Part shown: positions 28,859-39,974 of the stretch, piece by piece
Numbering within the stretch: position 1 is the first letter of the stretch
How the letters are laid out: each line of letters starts with the position of its first letter
Source of the DNA: Gillisia sp.
GTDB lineage: Bacteria > Bacteroidota > Bacteroidia > Flavobacteriales > Flavobacteriaceae
Direction of reading: 5' to 3'
Assembly (NCBI GenBank): GCA_041743165.1
Contig: JBGTNH010000020.1
Coordinates: 5,157 to 69,156 of the forward strand
DNA length: 64,000 nt
Program-made: the position numbers and the translations under genes
The notes under the pieces: model-generated
Database searches by the model: none
Told to the model about the DNA's origin: nothing
The model's input: only the letters and a program-made list of their open reading frames with translations

Positions 28859-31165
28859 ATGAATCAGGATTATATTATACCAGATAACTGGTCAATTATT
28901 GAAGAAGGATTTGAAAAAGACCGGGTCAAATCTTCTGAAAGTTTGTTTAGTATTGGTAATGGTGCCATGGGCCAAAGAGCCAATTTTGAAGAAACGTACA
29001 GCGGGCCCTCCTTCCAGGGAAGCTATATAGGAGGGATCTACTACCCCGACAAGACAAAAGTGGGCTGGTGGAAGAATGGTTATCCCGAATATTTCGCCAA
29101 GGTTCTTAATGCCCCAAATTGGATTGGGATTGAAGTTTTAATAAATGGGGAGCAACTCGATCTTAATACATGTAAGGAAGTCAAAGACTTCAGGCGCGAA
29201 TTAAATATGAAAGAAGGCTGGTATCAACGGAGTTTCACGGCCACCCTTCAGAATGACATTAGCATCAGGATAATGTCTACCCGTTTCCTTTCAATGGAAA
29301 TAGATGAACTTGGAGTTATTGATTATTCCGTAGAGCTTCTTAGTGGACCTGCCGAGGTGATCTTCCGGCCTTACCTGGACAGCGGAATATCAAATACCGA
29401 TGCCAATTGGGAAGAAAAGTTCTGGGAAACCACAAATGTAAAGACAGACGGTCACCAGGGTTTTATAACCGCAAAAACATTGAAAACCGAATTTCATGTT
29501 TGTACTTATATGCAATCAAAAGTTCTGCTTGATCATACAGAAACAGAAGCCGAGTTCAGCAAAGAAGTTTTGAATGAAAAGGTGATCTTTTCTTATAGCC
29601 TTAAAGGACAAAAAGACCAAATTATCAGCATTCAGAAAATGGCTGGTTATGTGACCGGTCTCAATCACTCTCATGATAATCTATTGGGAGCTGCTAAAAA
29701 TGTTCTTGCAAAAGGATCTTCCCTTGGCTTTGAAGAATTGATGAACATGCAAACGAAGGCCTGGGCCCGAATATGGGATATGGCCGATATTTCTATAAAA
29801 GGTGATACAAAGGCACAGCAGGGAATAAGATTCAATATTTTTCAGCTTAACCAAACATATTCCGGTAAAGATGCAAGACTGAACATAGGCCCAAAAGGTT
29901 TTACCGGGGAGAAATACGGCGGAAGCACCTACTGGGATACAGAGGCTTATTGTATACCTTTTTACATGGCTACCAAAGATCAGGAGGTTGCCCGTAATCT
30001 ATTGACCTATCGTTATAATCACCTCGAAAAGGCGATTGAAAACGCGACCAAATTAGGATTTTCCAATGGAGCGGCACTATATCCCATGGTAACTATGAAT
30101 GGAGAAGAAAGCCATAATGAGTGGGAGATAACTTTTGAAGAGATACACCGTAACGGGGCCATAGTTTTTGCTATTTATAATTATGTGAGATTTACGGGAG
30201 ATTTTGACTACATCCCCGAAAAAGGCCTGGAAGTGATCATTGCGGTTGCCAGATTCTGGAAACAACGCGCTACTTACAGTACTCCAAAGAACAAATATGT
30301 TATTTTAGGAGTGACAGGCCCAAATGAATATGAAAACAACGTAAATAATAACTGGTATACCAATTATACCGCTCAATGGTGTCTTAACTATTGTCTCTCC
30401 ATGGTAGAGAAAGTTAAAGAAGGACACAAAGAGGAATATGAAAGGATCATAGGTCATACCAGTCTAACCGAAGGAGAGTTGCTTGCAATGAAAGAGGTGG
30501 CAGATAACCTGTATTTCCCTTATTCAGAGGAATACGGAGTTTTTCTGCAACAGGACAATTTTCTGGATAAGGAGGTCATCCCGGTATCAAAACTGGACAA
30601 AGCTCAAAGGCCTATCAATCAAAAATGGAGCTGGGACAGGATCCTCAGGTCCTGTTACATAAAACAGGCAGATGTACTCCAGGGATTTTACTTTTTTGAA
30701 GATCACTTCAGCAGGGAAGCACTCGAGAAACATTTTGAATTCTATGAACCTTTGACCGTGCATGAATCCTCATTGTCACCATGTGTTCACAGCATTCAGG
30801 CTGCCAAACTGGGTAGAATGGAACAGGCTTATAATTTCTACCTTCGCACCTCCAGGCTTGATCTTGATGACTATAACAATGAGGTGAAAGAAGGTTGCCA
30901 CATTACAAGTATGGCCGGTACCTGGATGAGCATAGTAGAAGGATTTGGAGGAATGCGTATTGTTAACGATCAATTATGCTTTACCCCACAAATCCCTGAA
31001 CAATGGCAAGCTTACTCCTTTAAAGTCAATTTCAGGAATAAAATTGTAAAGATTGAAGTAACTGCTGGAAAAACAAATTTTAGCCTTGAAGGTGATGGCC
31101 CCATCGAAATTTTAGTGAATGGTAAAAAAGTTACTGTTGGGTTAAATGAGCCGGTGGCAGTTTAG
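28859..31165 (+). CDS. GH65 maltose phosphorylase
   Basis: ESLFSIGNG, GPKGFTGEKYGG, YWDTE, GPNEYENNV, IKQADVL, HESSLS. Confidence 0.92.
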   Translation: MNQDYIIPDNWSIIEEGFEKDRVKSSESLFSIGNGAMGQRANFEETYSGPSFQGSYIGGIYYPDKTKVGWWKNGYPEYFAKVLNAPNWIGIEVLINGEQLDLNTCKEVKDFRRELNMKEGWYQRSFTATLQNDISIRIMSTRFLSMEIDELGVIDYSVELLSGPAEVIFRPYLDSGISNTDANWEEKFWETTNVKTDGHQGFITAKTLKTEFHVCTYMQSKVLLDHTETEAEFSKEVLNEKVIFSYSLKGQKDQIISIQKMAGYVTGLNHSHDNLLGAAKNVLAKGSSLGFEELMNMQTKAWARIWDMADISIKGDTKAQQGIRFNIFQLNQTYSGKDARLNIGPKGFTGEKYGGSTYWDTEAYCIPFYMATKDQEVARNLLTYRYNHLEKAIENATKLGFSNGAALYPMVTMNGEESHNEWEITFEEIHRNGAIVFAIYNYVRFTGDFDYIPEKGLEVIIAVARFWKQRATYSTPKNKYVILGVTGPNEYENNVNNNWYTNYTAQWCLNYCLSMVEKVKEGHKEEYERIIGHTSLTEGELLAMKEVADNLYFPYSEEYGVFLQQDNFLDKEVIPVSKLDKAQRPINQKWSWDRILRSCYIKQADVLQGFYFFEDHFSREALEKHFEFYEPLTVHESSLSPCVHSIQAAKLGRMEQAYNFYLRTSRLDLDDYNNEVKEGCHITSMAGTWMSIVEGFGGMRIVNDQLCFTPQIPEQWQAYSFKVNFRNKIVKIEVTAGKTNFSLEGDGPIEILVNGKKVTVGLNEPVAV

Positions 31166-31178
31166 GGATTTTTAATAC

Positions 31179-31559
31179 ATTAAGGAAAGGGATTTTCCCG
31201 GAGGCTGGCAGGGCGATAAAAACAATGTCTTTACCCGGGCGGAAAGAAGCGATTTTCAGGAAAACTATCAATCGTTTACAAAGACCTTAGTGAGCTATCG
31301 TAAGAATAAAGAAGTGTTGCTTTTCGGAAAATAGCTGCATTATCTTCACGAAGAGAATGTTTATGTGTATTTTAGATATATTGATTATGACAGAGTGATG
31401 GTGGTACTTACCAATCCCAAAGAAAAGCAGATTGACCTTAGCTGGTATAAAGAAGGTTTGGCCGGGGCAATTGCCGGGAAAAGCATTCTTGATTCTCAAG
31501 CGGTACCCCATGCCAATACATTGGCCATCACGGGAAAGACCCCATGGTTATTGAATTAA
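31179..31559 (+). pseudogene. C-terminal remnant of a GH13 cyclomaltodextrinase/neopullulanase (SusA-like)
   Basis: RDFPGGWQGD...YRKNKEVLLFGK*LHYLHEENVYVYFRY...VMVV; in-frame TAG at 31332; catalytic domain absent. Confidence 0.8.
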
Positions 31560-31563
31560 ACTT

Positions 31564-33981
31564 ATGATTTTGAAAAAGAGTATTTATTTGGAAATATATA
31601 GGATCGCGGTTTCATACTTGATCTTCCTGGTGTTTTCCTCAGGATTTTCTCAGAATAACAACAGGACTTTCGAAAGCTATAATTTTAATAATGACACCCT
31701 CACTATTAAGGTAAATGACGGGGAGTATAAAATCTTGTATTATTCACCCGAAATTGTGGAAACATCCTTTATTCCTTCTGCAGAAAGTTTTATAAAGGAA
31801 TCCTTTGCAGTTGTAATGAAGCCGGAAGGTGTTGATTTGGCTGTAAAGGATGCAGATAATATACTTACCATTGATTCTGAAGGAGTGGATATTTCTATTA
31901 CCAAAAAGCCTTTTCAGATAAAGTATTTTTATAAAGATGAGGAGGTTATTTCGGAAAGATCCGGATTTATCAAAGGGAAAGAGCATCATAAGATCGAATT
32001 TAATATCACTCCCGAGGAAATGTTGTTTGGTGGTGGCGCCAGGGCCCTTGGAATGAACCGAAGGGGAAACAGGCTGGAATTGTATAACAGGGCACATTAT
32101 GGCTATGAGGAAAAGTCAGAATTGATGAATTACACTTTACCTGTATTTTTTTCTTCAAAGAAATATCTGGTCCATTTTGATAATGCCCCCATTGGTTTTC
32201 TGGATCTTGACAGCCAGGAGAACAACACTTTAGCATACGAAACCATAGGTGGCCGCAAAACCTATCAATTGGTGGTAGGGGAGACATGGGAAAGGATCAT
32301 AGAGAATTATACCGGACTTACCGGGCGGCAGCCTATGCCTCCAAGATGGGCTTTGGGTAATTTTTCCAGCAGATTTGGATACCATTCTCAGAAGGAAGTT
32401 CTTGAAACTATTCAGAAATTTAAGGAAGATGCTATACCTGTTGATGCTGTGATCATTGACCTTTACTGGTTTGGAAAGGAGATGAAAGGAACTATGGGAA
32501 ACCTGGAATTTTACAGAGATTCTTTTCCGGAACCTGAAAAAATGATCGCCCAACTCGAAGAGCAGGGGGTGAAAACTATTCTTGTTACAGAGCCGTTCAT
32601 ACTTTCCACCTCAAAACGGTGGGACGAGGCTGTAGAACAAAAAGTTCTGACCACAGATGCTAAAGGCAAGCCATTCACTTTTGATTTTTACTTTGGGAAC
32701 ACAGGTTTGATAGATATCTTTAAACCTGAAGCAAAAAACTGGTTCTGGAATATTTATAAGGAGCTTACCGAAATGGGAATTGGCGGCTGGTGGGGAGATC
32801 TTGGGGAGCCCGAGTTTCATCCTTCAGAATTAAGGCATTTTTCAGGAAGTGCAGATGAGTTGCATAATGTTTACGGGCATGAATGGGCGAAAATGGTTTA
32901 CGAAGGTTACAGGCAGGATTTTCCCGGACAACGACCTTTTATTTTAATGAGAGCAGGAGCGGCAGGATCCCAGAGATATGGCCTGATCCCATGGACCGGA
33001 GATGTGAACCGAACCTGGGGCGGATTAAGATCTCAGCCTGAGATATCCCTTCAAATGGGTATACAGGGATTGGGATATATGCATTCAGATCTGGGAGGAT
33101 TTGCCGGGGATAACCTGGATGATGAACTCTATGTGAGATGGTTGCAATATGGAGTTTTTCAGCCCATATACAGGCCTCATGCCCAGGAAGAAGTTCCATC
33201 AGAGCCTGTTTTTCGGGCAGCAGCGGCCAAAGCACTTTCAAAAAAAGCAATCGAATTAAGATATCAGTTACTGCCATATAATTATACCCTGGCATATGAG
33301 AATAGCAGATCAGGAATTCCTTTGATGCGACCCCTTTTCTTTGAACAACCAGACAGTCTTGATCTTTTCGAAATTGCAAATACTTATTTGTGGGGAAATG
33401 ATATTTTGGTCTCTCCGGTAATGGCAAGCGGCCTGAAAGAAAAGTCGGTAGTTTTCCCTTCGGGTTCCAACTGGTTTGATGCATACACGGGAAGGAAATA
33501 TACAGGAGGCGTTACACGAAACATTCCTGTTGTAGAAGCACATATACCCACTTTTGTAAGAGGCGGTGCATTTATACCTATGGCCAAACCTATGCTAACG
33601 ACTGCCAATTATACAGGTGAAACCCTGGAGGTACATTATTATTTTGATGAGGATATAAAAGAAAGCAGCGGAATACTATATCATGATGATGGTAAAACAC
33701 CTGAAGCATTTGAGGAAAAGAAATATGAAATTATACATTTTTCAAGCAGCCTGGAGCCCAAAATTTTGAATATTAAAGTGGAAAAAGAAGAGGGTGGTGC
33801 GGCTACAGATAAGATCCAATTGATAGAAGTTATAATTGAAAACCTCAAAAAACCTGTAGATGTGGTATGGGTCAATACACTTAGATTCACTGCCAAAAAT
33901 TACATGCACCAGGGAAAACTGGTGATCCCTGTAAGATTTGATGTCAATAACATCACTACTATAAAACTTGAATTCCTTTAG
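31564..33981 (+). CDS. GH31 alpha-glucosidase/transglucosylase
   Basis: QPMPPRWALG, DLYWFG, GWWGDLGEP nucleophile, WTGDV, HSDLGGF. Confidence 0.9.
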   Translation: MILKKSIYLEIYRIAVSYLIFLVFSSGFSQNNNRTFESYNFNNDTLTIKVNDGEYKILYYSPEIVETSFIPSAESFIKESFAVVMKPEGVDLAVKDADNILTIDSEGVDISITKKPFQIKYFYKDEEVISERSGFIKGKEHHKIEFNITPEEMLFGGGARALGMNRRGNRLELYNRAHYGYEEKSELMNYTLPVFFSSKKYLVHFDNAPIGFLDLDSQENNTLAYETIGGRKTYQLVVGETWERIIENYTGLTGRQPMPPRWALGNFSSRFGYHSQKEVLETIQKFKEDAIPVDAVIIDLYWFGKEMKGTMGNLEFYRDSFPEPEKMIAQLEEQGVKTILVTEPFILSTSKRWDEAVEQKVLTTDAKGKPFTFDFYFGNTGLIDIFKPEAKNWFWNIYKELTEMGIGGWWGDLGEPEFHPSELRHFSGSADELHNVYGHEWAKMVYEGYRQDFPGQRPFILMRAGAAGSQRYGLIPWTGDVNRTWGGLRSQPEISLQMGIQGLGYMHSDLGGFAGDNLDDELYVRWLQYGVFQPIYRPHAQEEVPSEPVFRAAAAKALSKKAIELRYQLLPYNYTLAYENSRSGIPLMRPLFFEQPDSLDLFEIANTYLWGNDILVSPVMASGLKEKSVVFPSGSNWFDAYTGRKYTGGVTRNIPVVEAHIPTFVRGGAFIPMAKPMLTTANYTGETLEVHYYFDEDIKESSGILYHDDGKTPEAFEEKKYEIIHFSSSLEPKILNIKVEKEEGGAATDKIQLIEVIIENLKKPVDVVWVNTLRFTAKNYMHQGKLVIPVRFDVNNITTIKLEFL

Positions 33982-34035
33982 ATTATATCCTGAATCTAAG
34001 ATGAAATTATAATCTATATATCAAAGAAGTACGAC

Positions 34036-35928
34036 ATGAAATTAAACAGAATTAAGTACAATATTTTCCTTGTTTCCTTTCTCCTTTTATCCTCATGTAG
34101 ATATGATGCACATCCGGTGGTACAAGCCGCCCCGGAAAATATGGAGGTTCACGGGAAGGCTGTAATTTACCAGGTCTTTACGCGTTTGTATGGAAATACA
34201 AACACCACCAATAAATCCTGGGGTACAATTGAAGAAAACGGGGTAGGGAAATTCAGTGATTTTTCTGAAAAGGCGCTGCAGGAAATCAAAGATTTGGGGG
34301 TTACTCATATTTGGTATACCGGGGTGCCACAGCATGCGGTGATACGGGATTATACCGAATATGGAATTTCCAATGATGATCCTGATGTAATAAAAGGTCG
34401 TGCCGGATCACCATACGCGGTAAAGAATTACTATAGCGTAAATTCTGACCTGGCAGAGGATCCTTCACGGAGAGTAGGGGAATTTGAAGAGTTAATAGCC
34501 CGAACCCATAGGGCGGGAATGAAGGTTCTTATTGACATTGTCCCCAATCATGTTGCAAGGATATACGAAGAAATGGAAAAACCTGAAGGGATTCAAACCC
34601 TCGGAGTTAAGGACGATCAATCTGTCACCTATACCGTAAATAATAATTTTTATTATAATCCCGGGGAAGCCTTCCGGGTTCCTGAATGGAGGGATGGATA
34701 TAAACCGCTGGGGGGGGAGGATCACCCATTGGCCGATGGAAAATTTGATGAATTTCCTGCTAAATGGACAGGTAACGGCTCACGTGAATCCCGGCCCGAT
34801 ATGCACGACTGGTACGAAACGGTTAAGATCAATTATGGAGTTACTCCAGATGGGAAAAAAGAATTTCCTGAATTACCGGCCGGTTTTGATGACAGGGATT
34901 ATACAGAGCATTTTAATTTCTGGAAGGATAAAACAGTTCCCGATTCCTGGGGTAAATTCAAGGACATTACATTATTCTGGATTGATAAGGGGGTAGATGG
35001 TTTCAGGTTTGATATGGCTGAGATGGTTCCTGTGGAATTCTGGAGTTACCTGAATTCGGCTATTAAAATGAAAAATCCGGATGCTTTCCTTCTGGCCGAA
35101 GTCTATCAACCTCATTTGTACAGGGACTATATCAAAAAAGGAAAAATGGACTATCTGTATGATAAAGTTCAACTGTATGACACAATAAGGAAAATTATGC
35201 AGGGAAGGGGAAGCACAGATAATATTCCGCCCATCAGGGAGGAGTTAAAAGATATCGAACATCACATGCTTCACTTTTTGGAAAATCACGACGAGCAGCG
35301 CATTGCAAGTCCGGAGTTTGCGGGCAACGCTGCTAAAGGTAAACCAGCGATGGTAGTATCAGCCACGATCAGTACCTCCCCCACATTGATCTATTTTGGA
35401 CAGGAAGTTGGTGAACCGGGAGCAGAAGACGCAGGTTTTGGAAAACCTTCAAGAACCTCAATTTTCGATTATATAGGAGTTCCGGCACACCAGCGATGGA
35501 TGAACAATAAAAAATTTGACGGGGGTCAATCCACCGCACAGGAAAAGGAACTTCGTGATTTCTACAGGCGTCTGTTGAATTTTACATTGAACAGCCGCGC
35601 CCTGATGGGAAATTATGGCGATCTCCATGCATATAACCGTCAAAATACTTCAAACTATTCAGATAAAATCCTTTCCTATGCCCGTTATAATGAGCAGGAA
35701 AAGTTGGTCATTGTGTCAAATTTTGAAGACCGCAGCCATGAATTTGAATTGAAAATTCCCCAGGAATTTATAAAAGACATGGAACTTCAGGATGGTAATT
35801 ATACGCTCATTGATCAGCTTTACGAGGAACATTCAGCTCAACTAATTGTAGAAGGGGACCATGGCAGGCTAAGGATCAGCCTGGAGCCATTACAATCTTT
35901 CATTTTCAAAATAAATTTACCCAAATGA
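34036..35928 (+). CDS. GH13 alpha-amylase lipoprotein
   Basis: Lipobox LSSC; DIVPNH, GFRFDMA, AEVY, FLENHD. Confidence 0.9.
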   Translation: MKLNRIKYNIFLVSFLLLSSCRYDAHPVVQAAPENMEVHGKAVIYQVFTRLYGNTNTTNKSWGTIEENGVGKFSDFSEKALQEIKDLGVTHIWYTGVPQHAVIRDYTEYGISNDDPDVIKGRAGSPYAVKNYYSVNSDLAEDPSRRVGEFEELIARTHRAGMKVLIDIVPNHVARIYEEMEKPEGIQTLGVKDDQSVTYTVNNNFYYNPGEAFRVPEWRDGYKPLGGEDHPLADGKFDEFPAKWTGNGSRESRPDMHDWYETVKINYGVTPDGKKEFPELPAGFDDRDYTEHFNFWKDKTVPDSWGKFKDITLFWIDKGVDGFRFDMAEMVPVEFWSYLNSAIKMKNPDAFLLAEVYQPHLYRDYIKKGKMDYLYDKVQLYDTIRKIMQGRGSTDNIPPIREELKDIEHHMLHFLENHDEQRIASPEFAGNAAKGKPAMVVSATISTSPTLIYFGQEVGEPGAEDAGFGKPSRTSIFDYIGVPAHQRWMNNKKFDGGQSTAQEKELRDFYRRLLNFTLNSRALMGNYGDLHAYNRQNTSNYSDKILSYARYNEQEKLVIVSNFEDRSHEFELKIPQEFIKDMELQDGNYTLIDQLYEEHSAQLIVEGDHGRLRISLEPLQSFIFKINLPK

Positions 35929-37601
35929 GAAAGTTTATAGGTTTAGTATTAATATTGGCAGCTTTTAGTTGTAACACACTGGTTTCAAAAGATGAAGCCC
36001 GGGAAGATTCAGGGGAAATAGCAGATAACTATACCCCGTTTGTGTGGGAAGCTGCAAATGTATATTTCTTACTCACAGACAGATTCAATAATGCAGACCC
36101 AGCCAATGATGTAAATTTTGGAAGAACAGAAGAAACTGCAATCCTGCGGGGTTTTGAGGGTGGGGATCTTAAAGGAATTACTCAAAAGATCAATGAAGGC
36201 TATTTTACAGATCTGGGAATAAATGCTATCTGGATGACACCGGTAGTAGAGCAAATTCATAGTTTTACAGATGAGGGAACGGGGAAAACCTATGGCTATC
36301 ACGGTTACTGGACCAAAGACTGGACAGCAATAGATCCAAATTTTGGTACCAGAGAAGATTTGAAGGAACTGGTAGATGCAGCGCATAGCAAAGGCATAAG
36401 GATACTGCTGGACGCAGTGATAAATCATACGGGTCCCGTTACAGAGAAAGATCCTGTTTGGCCAGATGGGTGGGTAAGAAATCATACTCCATGCACCTAC
36501 CAGGATTATGAAACTACTATAACCTGTACCCTGGTGAAGAATTTACCTGATATAAGGACAGAGAGCAATGAAGCCGTGGATTTACCTCCACAGCTGGTGG
36601 AAAAATGGAAAGCTGAAGGCAGGTATGAGCAGGAAATAGCAGAGCTTGATGAATTTTTTGAACGTACAGGCCACCCTCGTGCCCCGAGGTTTTATATCAT
36701 GAAATGGCTTGCAGATTACATTACAGATTTTGGAATTGACGGGTATCGGGTAGACACGGTAAAACATACCGAAGAATACGTGTGGAGCGAATTCAGGGAA
36801 ATAGCAGATTATGCCTTTGCCGAATATAAGCGACAGAATCCAGAAAAGGTTTTGGATGACAACGAGTTTTACATGGTTGGGGAGGTATACAATTACAGCA
36901 TAAGCCACGGCCGCGATTTTGACTTTGGAGACAGGAAGGTTGACTATTTTGATCATGGATTCCAGAGCCTGATCAATTTTGAACTTAAATGGAACGCCCG
37001 GCAACAGGACCTTCAATCAATATTCAGTCGGTATGATGGAATCCTGAATGCAGATCAGGATGAATTTTGGGTGATGAATTATCTCACTTCTCATGATGAT
37101 AGCGATCCTTTTGATAAAGAGAGGGAAAAACCATTTGAAACCGCCACCATTCTTTTGCTCAGCCCCGGCACTTCCCAGGTTTATTATGGAGATGAATCTT
37201 CCCGTTCCTTAATAATAGAAGGAACTGCGGGAGACGCTACCCTGCGATCCAATATGAATTGGGATCAAATATCTACAAATAAACAACTACAGGAGATCCT
37301 GGAACATTGGCAAAAACTGGGACAGTTCAGAGCCGCACATCCCGCTGTTGGTGCCGGGAAACATAAATTGATTTTAGAAGAGCCTTATTATTTCTCCCGC
37401 TCCTATACTTCTGAAAATTTTGAAGATCAAGTTATAATAGGGATAGATCTTCCCGAAGGCAAGAAAGTGGTTGATGTTTCTTCAATCTTTAAAAATGGAG
37501 ACAGGATCATTGACAAATACTCAAATACCCTAACTGAAGTAAAAGAGGGGAAGGTTGAAATAGATTCAGAATATCCCATCATATTATTGGAAAAAAATTA
37601 A
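35925..37601 (+). CDS. GH13 alpha-amylase lipoprotein
   Basis: Lipobox AFSC; DAVINH, GYRVDTVKH, GEVY, YLTSHD. Confidence 0.9.
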   Translation: MRKFIGLVLILAAFSCNTLVSKDEAREDSGEIADNYTPFVWEAANVYFLLTDRFNNADPANDVNFGRTEETAILRGFEGGDLKGITQKINEGYFTDLGINAIWMTPVVEQIHSFTDEGTGKTYGYHGYWTKDWTAIDPNFGTREDLKELVDAAHSKGIRILLDAVINHTGPVTEKDPVWPDGWVRNHTPCTYQDYETTITCTLVKNLPDIRTESNEAVDLPPQLVEKWKAEGRYEQEIAELDEFFERTGHPRAPRFYIMKWLADYITDFGIDGYRVDTVKHTEEYVWSEFREIADYAFAEYKRQNPEKVLDDNEFYMVGEVYNYSISHGRDFDFGDRKVDYFDHGFQSLINFELKWNARQQDLQSIFSRYDGILNADQDEFWVMNYLTSHDDSDPFDKEREKPFETATILLLSPGTSQVYYGDESSRSLIIEGTAGDATLRSNMNWDQISTNKQLQEILEHWQKLGQFRAAHPAVGAGKHKLILEEPYYFSRSYTSENFEDQVIIGIDLPEGKKVVDVSSIFKNGDRIIDKYSNTLTEVKEGKVEIDSEYPIILLEKN

Positions 37602-37779
37602 ATATCATGAATGCTGCTTCGGCTGAAGATAAACAGGAAAATCAGATCATTTAAATCTTATGTCATGAAAAAATATATTTTCAGGTTCAATTAGTGGAAA
37701 ATATTGAAATGGAAATTTGGCCCATGGGAATACAAAGTTTTCACAAAAAGATAGTTTTATTCTTAATGGACTAAAAAGC

Positions 37780-37802
37780 GCCTCTGAAAAGAGGCTTTTT
37801 TT
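37780..37802 (+). terminator. Intrinsic terminator before pfkA
   Basis: GCCTCT-GAAA-AGAGGC + T7. Confidence 0.75.
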
Positions 37803-37815
37803 ATGAGTTATTAAC

Positions 37816-37829
37816 CGAAATCGTTTGAG
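37816..37829. promoter_or_regulatory. Degenerate LacI-type operator upstream of pfkA
   Basis: CGAAATCGTTTGAG, 11/14 identical to the 25428 palindrome. Confidence 0.45.
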
Positions 37830-37878
37830 TTATAAGGAAAATTAGGTTTTAATCCAAATTTCAAATAGTTTTACAGTA

Positions 37879-38865
37879 ATGCAAGTCAATATTAAGAAAA
37901 TCGGGGTATTAACCTCTGGTGGGGATGCTCCGGGAATGAATGCCGCTATAAGAGCGGTAGTAAGAAGTTGTTCATATCACGGGATTGCCTGTGCAGGTGT
38001 CTTCAGAGGATATCAGGGCCTTATAGAAAATGATATAGAAGATCTTGGACCAAGATCTGTCCAGAATATAATAAATAAAGGCGGTACATTTCTTAAATCT
38101 GCACGCTGTATGGCTTTTCATACCCCGGAAGGTCGTGAGACAGCATATAATAATCTTAAAAATGCAGGCATAGATGCCTTAATCGTGATAGGAGGGGATG
38201 GGACCTTTACAGGGGGGCTTGTTTTTGCTTCAGAATTTAAATTTCCCGTTGTAGGTATACCTGCTACCATAGATAATGATATAAGCGGTACAGATTTTAC
38301 TATTGGTTACGATACAGCACTTAATACAGTTGTGGAGGCCATTGATAAGATCAGAGATACGGCCAGCTCTCATAACAGGCTTTTCCTGGTGGAAGTGATG
38401 GGGCGTGATGCAGGAGCCATCGCTTTAAACAGTGGAATAGGAGCAGGGGCAGAAGAAATACTTGTTCCGGAGGAAGATAAGGGAATAGAGAGATTGATTG
38501 AATCTTTAAAGCGCAGTAGAAAATCGGGAAAGACTTCGAGTATTATTGTGGTTGCTGAAGGCGATAAAAGTGGAAAGAACGTGTTTGAGCTCGCAGATTA
38601 TATAGGAGAGACCCTGGAAAATTACGATATAAGAGTATCTGTGCTCGGGCATATTCAAAGAGGTGGTTCTCCCAGCTGTTTTGACAGGGTGCTTGGCAGT
38701 AAGTTGGGTGTGGGGGCCGTTGATGCTATTTTAAGAGGAGAAAAAGATATTATGGTAGGAATATACCATCAAAAGGTAATAACAGTATCCCTGAAGACAG
38801 GAATCAAAGGAGAAAACAAATTTGATAAGGATCTTAGAAGGGTTGCAGATATTACTTCAGTTTAA
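37879..38865 (+). CDS. pfkA: 6-phosphofructokinase
   Basis: TSGGDAPGMN, GGDGT, PATIDND, VEVMGRD, LGHIQRGG. Confidence 0.97.
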   Translation: MQVNIKKIGVLTSGGDAPGMNAAIRAVVRSCSYHGIACAGVFRGYQGLIENDIEDLGPRSVQNIINKGGTFLKSARCMAFHTPEGRETAYNNLKNAGIDALIVIGGDGTFTGGLVFASEFKFPVVGIPATIDNDISGTDFTIGYDTALNTVVEAIDKIRDTASSHNRLFLVEVMGRDAGAIALNSGIGAGAEEILVPEEDKGIERLIESLKRSRKSGKTSSIIVVAEGDKSGKNVFELADYIGETLENYDIRVSVLGHIQRGGSPSCFDRVLGSKLGVGAVDAILRGEKDIMVGIYHQKVITVSLKTGIKGENKFDKDLRRVADITSV

Positions 38866-38868
38866 TAA

Positions 38869-39882
<1,014 letters not shown>

Positions 39883-39974
39883 AAATGTCATGCCATAAAA
39901 AGATATTGAAAGGCTGATTTTCAGTAATGTAAAAATCTGAATAATCGGCTTTTTTACCACCTAAAGAAATTCAA

